A stretch of 64,000 bases of DNA from Sphyrna mokarran (lineage: Eukaryota): the NCBI GenBank assembly GCA_024679065.1, contig JAGIQG010000011.1, forward strand, positions 60,264,001 through 60,328,000, given 5' to 3'. This document shows, piece after piece, positions 48,690 to 61,550 of the stretch; position 1 is the first letter of the stretch, and each line of letters opens with the position of its first letter. The notes beneath the pieces are model-generated. The model made no database searches. It saw only the letters and a program-made list of their open reading frames with translations, and was not told the DNA's origin. The translations under genes and the position numbers were made by a program.

Positions 48690-49990
48690 TTCAATCTGTC
48701 TATTTGCCTCAATCATGGCTGAGCACACCGGCACTGCCTCTCTACTGTTGTCCACTTGGTTTGGACTGCTCTTACATGGTTCCATTCTTATTTATCCAAT
48801 TATAACTAGAGTCTCATTTTCAATAGCATCTCTTTCAGTTTCTGAGATGTTACCACATCCTCTTTGGATCCAACCCTGTTATTTACAATCTACATGTTGC
48901 TCCTTGGCAATATTATCTGAAAGTACAGAATTAGTTTTCACACTCATCACTGTCTGTCTTAACTTCCGCACTGTTTGTTAAATTATCAGACTGTTTGTCT
49001 GACATCCAGTGCTGGGTGAATAGAAATTCCCTTCAGGAAGACTGAAGCCATTGTCTTCAGTTCCAGATTCAAAGAACGTTGCCTAGCTACCAATTCCATT
49101 CCTCTCCCTAGCAACTGTTTGAAACAAAACCAAACTTTTTGCAACCTTGGCGTCACACTTTCATTTGAGATGAATTTTCAACCACGTAGCTGTGCCACCA
49201 CTGCCCTTATTCCACCTCTGTATTATTGCCCAAAAGGCAGCGCAGTGACACAGTGGTTAACTGTCTGTGAGGAGTTCCTCTGGGTGTTCCAGTTTCCTCC
49301 CATAGTTCAAAGGAAAGGGGATTAGTCCTGATAAATGTGTGGGATTATAGAGATAGGACAAGGGCTTGGGCCTGGGTAAAATGCTCTTTGAGAGACAGTG
49401 CGACCTCAATGGGCTGAATACCCCTCTTCTAAACTGTGAGGATTTTATGTTCCTGCCTTAGCTCAGCAGATGTTGAAATGCTCATTTGTGCTTTTAAAAC
49501 CTATGGGTCTGACAATTCTCACACACTCTTGACTGGTCTCCACTTTGTAAACTTTGTATCATCCAAAACTCTGCTGTCCCTATCTATTCTTGTATTCTTA
49601 ACTCGGATGACTTACACTAGCTTCCAGTCAAGCAATACATTGATCTTTTAAAAAAAAACTCATTCTATTTTCAAATCTTTCCATGGTTTTGTCTCTTCCC
49701 TATCTCTGAAATCTCTTCCAGCCACATAACCCTCTGGAATGTCTGCATTCAACACCTTCTGGCCTCTTGAGCATCCCCGATTTTAATTGTCCCATCCTTG
49801 CCAAACGTCTCTACCACTTTTTTTCCTTTAAGATGTCCTTTAAAACCTTCCTCTTAGACAAAACATTTGGCCACCTGTCTTAAAATTACTTCATGTGGTT
49901 TTGTGCCAGATTTTGCTTCATAATGCTGCTGTGAAGCACCTTGGAACATTTTCGTACCTAAAGGTGCCATATAAATATAAGCTGTCACTG
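48690..49990 (+). mobile_element. Decayed L2-clade LINE 3' region, interrupted by an HE1 SINE remnant (~49235-49440)
   Basis: L.WFHSYLS, CLSDIQ.W, KTEAIVF and NLGV-like pieces, and the tail gtgaagcaccttggaacatttt...taaaggtgccatataaat. Confidence 0.75.
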
Positions 49991-50289
49991 TTTAAACTGC
50001 ATTCATTTTTCAGTTTAGGTGGGAAAATAAATTCATCATTGAGCAATGTTATTTATGTAGGTTCTTCGAGCCTTTTCAGAATTGAATCTTGTAACATCAC
50101 GTGCTCTATTTGCCACTCTCTTTGCTATTATTAATCATGCTGTTACATAAGCACCATTACAGACATAAGACAATTAGTACTGTTAGCCATCTGTTATCTT
50201 TCTTGTTATTAAGCAAATATTAGCTTTAGATGTTTGAATAACTAAATGATCCAGATCTCTATATTTTGAACGACACTTGTCATTTATAT

Positions 50290-51240
50290 GGATAAGCTTC
50301 CTTCTCTTAAACTGATGGTCAGCTCTGCATTATGCATCAGTTGGTGTGGCTCAGGCGTCCTACTCTATATGGCAGTCTCTGCTGCAGAGGACTGAGAAGG
50401 CAACTTACTGGCCTCTGAGTTTTTGTTGGACTCTCTTGTCTGGCTGAACTTTCATTTCTGTTTGCCTCTTCCAGTCAGCCTCCACAGGTGATTGCCGTCA
50501 GCAATTGTCTTCCAGTTGTCCGAGTCTGTCACCTTTCTTGCAAGTATCTTTGTAGTCAATGTATGGACATCCATGAGTTCGTGACCCAGTAGCCCATTCA
50601 TCATACAGGTTGTGTTCAGGTATAGGGCAGTCATTCATCCAATGAACATGGCTGACTTAGTGCAGGTGTTGCAGGCTTAGCAATGAGTGTATGTTGATGA
50701 ATTAACTTGCTCGAGGACCTCCAGAGGAGATTCCGGAGTTGAGAGAGTTGGCTTATGAGGAGAGACTGAGTAGACTGGGGTTATACTCATTGGAATTCCC
50801 AAGAATGAGGAGATTATAAAGGGAATAGATAAGATAGAAGCAGTGAAGTTGTTTCCACTGGTGGGTGAAACTAGAACCAGGGGGCATGGACTCAAAATAA
50901 GGGGGAATGAGATATAGAACTGAATTGAAGAGGAACTTCTTCACCCAAAGAGTTGTGAATCTGTGAAATTCTCTACCCAGTGAAGCAGTTGAGGGGACAG
51001 ATAAATTTTTGAACAGTAAAGGAATTAAGGGTTATAGTGAGCAGGGGGGTAAGTGGAGCTGAGTCCATGAAAAGATCAGCCGTATCTTATTGAATGGCAG
51101 ACCAGGGTCAAGTAGCCAGGCCTACTGCTGCTCGTAGTTTTTATGTTTTGAGTTGGTGATCTTGTGCTGGTTAGCAGTGCCAAGGATATGTCCAAACAGC
51201 AAAAGTAGAAACTTTTCTCTTGTCTAGCATATGTCTAATA
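50290..51240 (-). mobile_element. Decayed RTE-clade LINE 3' fragment (split by the CR1 at 50722-51150)
   Basis: Antisense translation gives TYARQEK (~51235), EVLEQ (~50720) and D.DNWKTIAD..HLWR (~50500), resembling the RTE ORF C-terminus. Confidence 0.65.
50722..51150 (+). mobile_element. CR1 LINE 3' fragment inserted in an RTE fragment
   Basis: tatgaggagagactgagtagactggg...actagaaccagggggcat...ttcttcacccaaagagttgtgaatctgtg plus a CR1 tail. Confidence 0.88.
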
Positions 51241-51829
51241 CACAATTCTTCTATCTTGAGCAAGTCTGATTCAGTGTTTCCCTTTCTGGAGACATATGTT
51301 TTGCTTCTTTTGTGATCTGGTGGTCAAAGAGAGAATCATGCACTTCACACTCAGACATGCATCCTACTACTCTGTGCATCACATGTTGGTTCAATAAAAG
51401 CTGTCTTGAATTTTAAGGTTCAAAGCTAAATCACAGCTTTGAAACTGTTCAAGTACAAGATTATTGGGAAAGATTTGGGATTGTAATTACCAATTTTGTT
51501 AGATAACTTTGTTCTTAATCAGCATCAATCGCTATCAAAAATATTAATCTAAAATACATCCATTCAAATGTAATTCAATTTACATTTAATCGATACTCAT
51601 TACTTTGTGTTGCATTTGTTATCTCCCAATAGTCTCACTCTCTGTTCAGTTTATCACAACCAAACAGCAACTCCTGCAACACTTCAGCAGATTCACCGTA
51701 TAACAACCTGCTCAAGTACCTGTTCATGAATTATTGAAAAAGAGCTTTTAGTCTAAATAGCAAATCTTCTACTCTCAACTGACATTCATTATAATTTTGG
51801 TATGTATGTGTCTAGTTATGGTTATGAAA

Positions 51830-52620
51830 GAAAGACTTCCTTATATATAAAGCTCTTCACAACCTCAGGATATCTCAAAGCATTTCATAGAAATCTCACA
51901 GTGCAGAAGCAGGCCATTTGGCCCATCTGGTCTGCATGAACCTTCAGAAAGTGTACTTTATTTAGGCCCACTCCCCTATCTTAACCTATGCATTGTTTAT
52001 AATTAATCCACCTAATCTGTACATCTTTGGACAGTAGAAGGAAACTGGAGCACCCAGAGAAAACCCATGCAAACATGGGAAGAACATACAAACTTCACAC
52101 AGACAATCACCCAAGGCTGGAATTGAACTATGGTCCCAGGCATTGTGAGGCAGTATTGCTAACCACTGCATTGCCTCTTTCTGGCCAATTCAATGCTTTG
52201 AAGTCCAGTACCTGTCAAATGTAGAAAACAAAACAGCCAATTTGTGTGCAGCAAGTTCCCACAAACAGTTCTGTGATAATGTCCAGATGATTATTTTTAT
52301 AGTGTTGATTGAGGGATAAATCTTGTTCAGAATACTGAGGATAAATCTCCGCTCTTTGAAATTGAGGATCATTTACACTTGAGAAGGCAAGGAAGGCTAC
52401 GTTACATAGATTTGTGATTGATAAAGAGACAAAGGCCTTGGGTATAGGAAGCAAAGTGGAGTTGAGGCCACAATCAGTAACTACAACCTTGTTAAGTGCA
52501 GAATAGGCCTGAATGCCCAACTCTTGCTTTTCTTCTGTTTGTAAGTAATGTCACAGGATCATTTACATCCACCTTAGAGAGTAGAATGACCCCTTGGTTT
52601 TAACATCCCATCTATAAGAC
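51830..52620 (-). mobile_element. Old Deu-domain SINE (SacSINE1/AmnSINE1-like), interrupted
   Basis: cttcacaacctcaggatatctcaaagcattt ... cagccaatttgtgtgcagcaagttcccacaaacag ... ttgattgagggataaat ... ggatcatttacatccacc. Confidence 0.7.
51885..52175 (-). mobile_element. HE1 SINE (tail A) nested in a Deu-domain SINE
   Basis: catagaaatctcacagtgcagaag...ttgctaaccactgc. Confidence 0.85.
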
Positions 52621-52667
52621 AAATAAAAGTGGAATATGCAAGGATATGAATTTGTTTCAATAATAAT

Positions 52668-52876
52668 GGTGGGATTCTCTGGTCTTTCATGCTGGCAGGA
52701 TTCTCTGGTCCCACTGGCAGCATCCTATGCTATCAGGAAACCCATAGGCAGGGTTGCAGCTTCAATGAAAAACTCCATTGACAGCGATGGGAACGGAGAA
52801 TCCTGCCACCGGCGAACAGTGCACTGCCTCCCACTGCTGAGAAGCACGAGGCTGGAAAACCAGAGAATCCTGCCCA
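52668..52876. mobile_element. MITE (~210 bp, palindromic)
   Basis: Ends ggtgggattctctgg / ccagagaatcctgccc; internal inverted pair ggcaggattctc / gagaatcctgcc. Confidence 0.7.
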
Positions 52877-54676
52877 GCATTTTGTGTTCGAACTGTGAGA
52901 GTTTCTTTTAGGTCAAGAACTAATTTTATTCTCTCGTGCATGTTTTTCTATAAATAGATTTTGTGCTTTGCAAGATGAAGGGTATCAGGACTTGGAAAAT
53001 GGATAATTATCCACTTTAGTTATTCAGAGCCAGACATAGAGGAAATTAGTCAGATCCATTTGTTCTGTTAGATCTTATTAGCAAAGAAAAGTCTTTCTCA
53101 ATGTCTCCAGGTACTTGTCTGTGTATTTTCCACAAACAATTGCAGGTACTCCCATTACTAAATCACACAATTCAAATGATTGTACCTGTATTATATAATG
53201 GAGTATTGAATTTTCATATTACAATGTAATATTACTGTTTGCATTGCTTGATTCAATATCTTTGAGTTTATTTTTTTCCATTAAAAGTCTCAGTTTCAGT
53301 TTTAAAATTTTCAATTGACCAGTATATTCCAGATTTCCATAATGTTTTGTGTGAAGAATTATTTTCTGAAATCATCCATGATTTGTCAAGCTCTCAGGTT
53401 ATATATCCTGTTGTTTTGGGCTCTTCAAAGAAATAGGGTTGACAAAGACAAACTATCTTTTATCATTTAATTACCTTGAACCCTTCAATTATGTCACTGC
53501 CTAATTTCTATGTTTAAGGGAATACAACATTAGCATATGCAACTTGTCCTGATAATCCAAAGCACCTCACCATTGGAGAGCAGGATTAGAATAAGCCCCA
53601 TTAGCAAGCACAGGGATTACAAGGTGCAATTACTCACCTGTTGTGGAAGTGATGCAGGCAGCATACAAACCTCAGGCCAGTCAGGCTTGTGGTGTATTCC
53701 TGGCTTGTGCACTTTCTCAAATCCTACTTTAGCTTCCAAACTGCAGATAAGGTAACCATACATTTTTTGTTCATTTGTGCTTTCAGATACTCAAGAATAG
53801 TCACCTAACCTACTGATGGTAGCTGAGATTGAAGGTGTAGAGGAAGAACAGATCTCTTAAGAAAGAAATCTAGCTACTTGATCTGACTCTCACAGCTATC
53901 AGCTCAAGTCACTATCACTGCATATTACCTTAGTTGTAGGATTGGCATGTGATGCTTCATTGGGCATGAGTGGGCTGCAGCAAGGCAGGTGAAAGGATAG
54001 GTGGTGTGCCAGCTCACCAGAGGGTAGATTGTAGATAAGTTTTGCTTTAATGAAATCTTTGACAGGGTGGCTTACAGGAAAAGGCAGATGGATATACAGA
54101 CAAAATGCTGCTTTGGCAGGCTTATCAATGAACAGGGGGAAGTCCAACTGCAATTTGACAGGACTTTGCATAGAGAATTGACCCCATCCTTCCCAGTGTA
54201 GAAATGGTTGGCAGCTCTGAGAGCACTTGCGAAACCCAGCCATACTGCATCTGATGGCAAGTAGTTACAGCTTTCAGTGTAGTGCAGGCAGTAGCCACAT
54301 TGTTGTAGTGGAAGCCCAGAGTGGAAATTATTAAATGTTTGCTTGTTACCAAGCGAGCCCAGTTTGTTAACATGCTGGCTCAAACTGTTATCTTCATGGT
54401 TGCAGTTAGCAGTGTTCAAAGATGATTCAAAGTCTCGCACAACCCAACAATCTGTGCTCCAACAAATCACTAACATTGTTGAAACACTGCCAGGGAGAGT
54501 GGCACTATGGCACACGACCTGAACTCCCTGAAGGTGTCAGCATTCACATTCCCACCACTGTTAATCTGCCAGTGCTCTTGCTGTTGTCTGTCCAACCTGC
54601 CAGCCTAGACTGCTCCACCCATGCTGTAATGATGATTTCAGATGTCAGGCTCTCCATGCTCATGTCTGCTCAAGGC

Positions 54677-56045
54677 AGAACATAGAACATAGAACATTAC
54701 AGCACAGAACAGGCCCTTCGGCCTTCGATGTTGCGCCGACCAATATAAAAAGCAATGCCCCTCCAAACTAAACCATTCCCTTCTCTTCCATATACTTATC
54801 AACTAACCTCTTAAACGCCACCAAACTTGGCGCATCTACAACTGCTGCAGGCAGGGCATTCCACTCCCGAACCACCCTTTGGGTAAAGAACCTACCTCTG
54901 ATATCCGTCCTATAACTATCACCCCTTAATTTAAAGCTGTGTCCCCTCGTGCTAGCTTTCTCCATCCTAGGAAAAAGGCTATCACTGTCCACCCTATCTA
55001 AACCTCTAATCATCTTATATGTTTCGATAAGGTCCCCTCTTAGCCGCCTCCTTTCTAACGAAAACAACCTCAAATCCCTCAGCCTCTCTTCATAAGACCT
55101 GCCCTCCATACCAGGCAACATCCTGGTAAACCTCCTCTGTACCCTCTCCAATGCCTCCACATCTTTCTTATAATGTGGGGACCAGAACTGCACACAATAC
55201 TCCAAGTGCGGCCGCACTAGAGTTTTGTACAGTTGCAACATGACGTTGTGGCTCCGAAATTCAATCCCTCTACCAATAAAAGCCAAGACTCCATATGCCT
55301 TCCTAACAACCTTCTCGACCTGACTGCCTACTTTCAGGGATCTATGCACATACACACCAAGATCCCTCTGTTCATCTAGACTACTAAGAATCCTACCATT
55401 TGCCCTATACTCTACACATTTATTATTTCTGCCATAGTGCATTACCTCACACTTTTCCACATTAAACTCCATTTGCCACCTCTCGGCCCAGCTCTGCAAC
55501 TTGTCCAAGTCCCTCTGCAAACTATAACACCCCTCTTCACTATCTACCACTCCACCGACTTTAGTGTCATCTGCAAATTTACTAATCCATCCTTCAATAC
55601 CCTCATCCAGATCATTTATAAAAATTACAAACAGCAGGGGCCCCAAAACAGACCCCTGAGGTACACCACTTGTCACCGAACTCCAAGATGAATATCTCCC
55701 ATCAACCACCACCCTCTGTCTTCTATCTGCTAGCCAATTCCTAACCCAATTAGCTAAATCACCCTCTATCCCATACATCTGCATTTTCTGCAGAAGTCTT
55801 CCATGGGCCACCTTATCAAACGCCTTACTAAAGTCCATATATACCACATCAACCGCCTTACCCCCATCCACCTCTTTGGTCACTTTTTCAAAAAACTCAA
55901 TGAGGTTAGTAAGGCACGACCTACCCTTCACAAAACCATGCTGACTATCTCCAATCAATTCATTACTCTCTAAATAACTATAAATCCTATCCCTAATTAT
56001 TCTCTCCAATACTTTGCCCACCACAGAAGTAAGACTCACTGGCCT
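54677..56045 (-). mobile_element. Young CR1-clade LINE, 3' part (RT domain to tail); open ORF 54768-56039
   Basis: Uninterrupted 423 aa with QHGF..GRSCLTNL, YMDFSKAFDKV, GVPQGSVLGPLLF, KFADDTK and [15 protein letters not shown]. 3' tail is a (TTCTATG)n microsatellite on the minus strand. Confidence 0.97.
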
Positions 56046-57400
56046 TAGAACATAGATGACATAGAACTGAACAATACAGCACAGACAGGCACTTCGGCCT
56101 CGATGTTGTGCCGACCAAATATAAAAAGCAATGCCCCTCTAACTAAACCATCCCTCTCATCCATATACTTATCAACTAACCTCTTAAACGCCACCAAAAT
56201 TGGCGCATCTACAACAGCTGCAGCAGGGCATCCAGTCCCTAATCACTCTTGAGTAAAGAAACTACCTCTGATGTCCGTCCTATAACTTCATACCCCTTAA
56301 TTTAAGTTGTGTCCCCTCGTGCTAGCTTTTTCATCCTAGGAAAAAGGATCACGTCCAACCCTATCCAAACCTCTAATTTATCTTATATGTTTCAAGTAGA
56401 TTCCCCCCTTAGCCGCCTCCTTTCTAACGAAAACAGCCTCAAATCCTTCATCCTCTCTTCATAGGACCTGCCCTCCATACCAGGCAACATCCTAGTAAAC
56501 CTCCTCTGTACCCTCTCCAATGCCTCCACATCTTTCTTATATGTGGCGACCAGAACTGCACACAATACTCCAAGTGCGGCCGCACTAGAGTTTTGTACAG
56601 CTGCAACATGATGCTGCGGCTCCTAAATTCAATCCCCCTACCAATAAAAGCTAAGACTCATAAGCCTTCTTAACAACTTTATCCNNNNNNNNNNNNNNNN
56701 NNNNNNNNNNNNNNNNNNNNNNNNNNNNNNNNNNNNNNNNNNNNNNNNNNNNNNNNNNNNNNNNNNNNNNNNNNNNNNNNNNNNACCAATAAAAGTAAGA
56801 CTCCATATGCCTTCTTAACAACCGTCTTGACTTGACTGCCTACTTTCAGGGATCTATGCACAAATACACCAAGATCCCTCTGTTCATCAACACTATTAAG
56901 AATCCTACCATTAGCCCTATACTCTACACATTTATTATTCCTGCCAAAGTGCATTACCTCAACACTTTTCCACATTAAACTCCGTTTGCCACCTCTCGGC
57001 CCAGCTCTGCAACTTGTCCAAGTCACTCTGAAACTAAAACCCCCTCTCACTATCTACCACACCACCAACTTTAGTATCATCTGCAAATTTATGATCATCC
57101 CTCAATACCCTCATCCAGACATTATAAAAATTACAAACAGCAGGGGCCCCAAAACAGACCCCTGGAGGAAACCACTCTGTCACCGAACTCCACGAAGAAA
57201 ATCTCCCATCAACCACCACCCTCTGTCTTCTATCTGCCAGCCAATTTCTAATCCCATTAGCTAAATCACCCTCTATTCCACACATCTGCATTTTCTGTAG
57301 AAGTCTTCCATGGGCCACCTTATCAAAAGCCTTACTAAAGTCCATATATACTACATCAACCGCCTTACCCCCATCCACCTCTCTGGTCACTTTCTCAAAA
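56046..57400 (-). mobile_element. 5'-truncated CR1 copy of the same family nested in the host CR1 (contains the assembly gap)
   Basis: Repeats the tail and RT 3' region of 54677-55895 with many 1-bp indels. Its 5' end is at ...FEKVTREVDGG. Confidence 0.9.
56685..56784. other. Assembly gap (100 N)
   Basis: Run of n read directly. Confidence 1.
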
Positions 57401-57410
57401 ATTATAGTGA

Positions 57411-58622
57411 CTATAATTCCCTGGAAGGTCTCTCTTCCCCTTCTTGAAGAACGGGACCACATTCGCTATCCTCCAGTCCTCCGGAACCACACCCGTAACC
57501 AACGACGACCTGAAGATCAGAGCCAGAGGCTCTGCAATCTCCTCTCTTGCCTCCCAGAGAATCCTAGGGTAAATCCCGTCCGGCCCAGGGGACTTATCCA
57601 ACTTCAAACCCTCGAGAATATCTAGCACATCCTCCCTATCTACTTCAATACTTTCCAGTTTGCAACCCTGTACCTCAGTGTTCTCCATAACTACATTTAC
57701 ATCACCCTGCGTGAATACCGAAGAGAAATATTTATTCAGTGCCTCTCCAATCTCTTCAGGCTCCACGCACAACTTCCCACTGCTGTCTATGACTGGCCCT
57801 AATCTTGCCCTAACCAATCTTCTGTTCTTAACATATCTAAAGAAAGCTTTAGGATTCTCCCTAATCCTATCAGCCAAAGTCTTCTCGTGTCCTCTCTTGC
57901 TCTCCTCAATTCACTCTTTAGCTCCCTCCTGGCTAATCTATAGCTATCCATTGCACTAACCGAGCCTTCAAGCCTCATCCTGACATAAGCCTCCTTTTTC
58001 CTTTTAACTAGCAAATCAACTTTTTTCGTACACCAAGGTTCTCTTACTCGACCATTTCCTCCTTGCCTGACAGGGACATACTTATCAAGGACTCGCAGCA
58101 GCTGCTCCTTGAATAAGCTCCACATTCCAGATGTTCCCAGTCCCTGTAGTTTCCTAGTCCAATCTATGCACCCTAATTCTCTCCTGATGGCCTCATAATT
58201 ACCCTTCCCCCAGCTATAACTACTGCCCCCAGCTTCATGCCTATCCCTATCCATCACTAAGGTGAACGTAACCGAATTGTGGTCACTATCACCAAAATGT
58301 TCACTAACTTCCAAGCCTAACACCTGGTCTGGCTCATTGCCCAGCACCAAATCCAATGTAGCCTCACCTCTAGTTGGCCTATCTACATACTGAGTCAAAA
58401 AACCTTCCTGCACACTTTGTACGAAAACTGACCCCTCTAACGAGCTAGAGCTATAGCTATTCCAATCAATATTAGTAAAGTTAAAGTCCCCCATAACAAT
58501 TACCCTATTACTTTCACTCCTGACCAGAATTGACTTTGCAATCCTTTCCTCTACCTCTCTAGAACTTTTAGGAGGTCTATAAAAGACTCCCAACAGGGTG
58601 ACCTCTCCTTTCCTGTTTCTAA
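57411..58622 (-). mobile_element. Young CR1 LINE, 5' part (APE endonuclease C-terminus and linker), one frameshift
   Basis: GVFYRPP, VMGDFNF, PTRGEATLDLVL, GDSDHN, KSPGPDGI and ...DLPGNY in ORFs 57799-58593 and 57395-57877. Confidence 0.95.
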
Positions 58623-59079
58623 GGAGGAAAAGACCAGTTCAAAACCCGGTGAAAATCTGTAACACTGGCAGCAGTAATATTGAAGTTCCATTGTAAGCTG
58701 CACAATATCATTTCAGGCAAGTTTTACCAGTACCCTTCAATTCCAGATTTTCTTATCTGCAGTCTGCCTCTTAAAAAAAAAATGGCCTTCTATCAGCAAC
58801 GCTGCAAACACAGGTAAAGCACTAGGCCAGGCAAGTGCACTATCAAGGCAGGCATGAAGGAAATATACCAATGGTGAATAATTAAGTAATGTATTGATTA
58901 TTGGAAGTTTTGGATAACGTTCATATGAAGTAGTTGCCATTTTGTGTTATTTTAATTTTAGGATTGTGACCAAGTGAACTGTTTACGATCCAGAACAGAG
59001 GATAGTAAGCTGGGAAAATGTTGAACAATGTAGATCTGATCACCCAATTTGAGAGTTATTGGACTTCCTCCTCCTCCTG

Positions 59080-60030
59080 AGTCTCTGATGGTCAGGCTGC
59101 CCTTTCACAATGAAAGACACAGCGTACGACCAAAAACCAGGTGATATGCAGTGGCAGGTACTGAAGAGCTCCGGAATCTTTGTTCCAGGATTCCAATGGC
59201 CTGTTCCATGATGTTCCAAGTTTGAACATGACTGTCATTCTAGATGTGCTAGCCACATATATTTGGTTATGTAGGGGAGTTATTACACATATTTACAGCA
59301 AAAAGCCTTCAGCAATTAGTAAGTACCCTTAGGTGTAACCATATGGCTTAAAGATAGGTAGAACTGAGGTCATGCATGGGATGAAAGCATTGTGGCTGCT
59401 GCCAAGATCACGTACAGGCATTCACCAACATGACATTTTCAGTTTGGTCACACACCAGTTGCATGATGAGTGATTGGTACCCCTTCCAATTTCAGTACAT
59501 CTCCACATTGAGGCTACTTGTGTAAAATTAATGGCTTCCATCATCATAGGAAGCCCACCAGCCTGGCAAATCCTCACACCTTCTTCTGTCAGCTTAGAGA
59601 AAGCAATTAAGTCTCAGTCATGACACACAGGGTCTCTGTGGCTTTCTGGGTGCAGCAATGGACTGCAAAGTAGACAATGTTGGCAATTGTTCCATCCAAG
59701 GAGGTAGATATTGAGACTCATGGTCACATTGATGGCCACTTATATATATCTTGTCTGAGGATGCAGACCTGAGTAAAGGAGGTGTATAGCTCTCCACGCA
59801 CTTCACTGGTTTAAGTGTCATCATTGGAGACACAGCCTCTGGCTGTGATAGAGACAAGATAAATACTGTCTGTAGATTCTAGGTAGACAAAGCCTCCTAC
59901 TGAGAGCCCTTGTCCCCTTCCCTCTGTAAATAGTTTGTCTTCTTTGCTGCCTCTGTTCCATTTTCTATAATACAGTTCACCCTGGCTGCAGCAACTGTGG
60001 CTCCTCTGGCTGAAAACAAGTGGTGAACTC
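59080..60030 (-). pseudogene. Second HARBI1-like transposase remnant
   Basis: RRLCLPRIYRQYLS, VAINVTMSLN, FAVHCC, NWKGYQSLIMQLVCDQ, GSSHNAFI and SGALQY.P in the expected order. Confidence 0.75.
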
Positions 60031-60176
60031 AGAAAAAAATCAACATATTGCAAATGCTAGAAATCTGAAATAAACAGAAAATGGTGGAAAAATTCAGCAG
60101 GTCTGACAACACCTGTGGAGAAAGAGAAGAGGAGTTAATGTTCCAAGTCCAATAAAACGATCCTTCAGAGGTTAGA
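60030..60176 (-). mobile_element. Fragment of the second PLE-like family (degenerate)
   Basis: Homologous to the 25335-25500 arms (aaacagaaaatggtggaaaaattcagcaggtctgacaacacctgtggag). Confidence 0.55.
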
Positions 60177-60829
60177 AGCTTTTGAAATACACCCAACTCC
60201 TTCCAAGGATCTAGCATCACTGCCTTCTCACTTTTATTTATTTTATAAAGCACTGATTACATTGTATGTGCAAAATAACACAAGTTGTTATTGCTGTCCA
60301 GAACTTCTGCCAATTTCCCTGGCAACACAGAACTTCCACAACTCTGTAGCAAATAAATACTGTAATTAAAAGCATTTCCCCTGAAAACTGATATCTGTAT
60401 ATGGTATCTGCTTGGTGCAGGGCTGGACAGGGTTATCATGGACACATTTAACCATGTGCATTTTAATTAATGCACACGAGGGCATTAGTAGGACTAGGAA
60501 GCTCCAAGTTGCCAGATTGGTTGTCAAATCAGTGTTAGATGCTGAATGATGTTACAATCAGCTCATTCACCATGTTCACGATACATGAACCAAAATGTAG
60601 AAGACAAAAACGGGCAAACAGAAGTAGGGATACCGGCCTGAACTGACTTTTCCTTCCGGGAATCCTGCACTATTGCCTTACACAGCATGCCAGATGGCAG
60701 AGGCTATGGAAGGATTTGTCTCCATCATTTCTCCTCTCCCCTCACTCCTATTGCACTGAAACCAGCATTTCAGAGCCAAATTCTGTTGCCTCTTAGTCCT
60801 GGGGTAAATTTTGTTGGTGGAGACAGAAG

Positions 60830-61550
60830 GAACAAAGGGGCAAGCACAGGTATAACCCTAGATCCAACCATCTTCAGCTGCTTCATCGAAGAGCTTCTCT
60901 GCATTTTAAGGTCAGCGAGGCAATGGTTGCTGATGACTGGACTTTGTTCAGCACCACTTGTGACCTTCTGATACAGGAGTGGTCAATGTCCAAATGCAGC
61001 AAGACTTGGAAAATATCCATGCTTGGGCTGACAAGTAATATTCATGCCATACAAGTGCCAGGCAATGACCATCTCCAACAAGAGTGAGTCTAACCATCAC
61101 ATCTTGATATTCAATGGCATTCCCATCGCTGAATTGCCCATTATCAACATCCCAAGGTTACCATTGACCAGGAATTGAACTGGACCAGCTATATATAGTT
61201 ACAATAGTAGGACTGATGCTAGAAATCCTGTGGTGAGTAACTCACTTCCTGACTCCCCAAAATCTGTGCAGCATCTAAAAAGGCACAATCAAAGAATATG
61301 ATGGAATACTTTCCATTTGTCTGGATGAGTGCAGCTCCAACAATCCTCAAGGAGTTTGACACCTTCCAGGGCAAAGTAACCCACTTGATGGCATCCGATC
61401 TCCCCAGACATTTACTCCTTCCACTATTAATGTACAATGTGCACCAGCTACAAGATGCATTGCAAGAACTCACCAAAATTCTGTAGACCTTCCAAATCCA
61501 CAACCGTTACCATTTAGAAGGACAACAGCACCAATTGCAAGGGAATACCT
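60830..61550 (+). mobile_element. LINE-B RT C-terminal fragment
   Basis: PTIFSCFI, MQQDLENIHAWADK and MEYFPFVWMSAAPTILK motifs. Confidence 0.8.

Noticed and set aside
54677-58622. Simple tandem duplication or pure assembly duplication of a CR1
   Set aside because: The outer blocks join exactly at PGNY/RPVSLTS, which favours a nested insertion.
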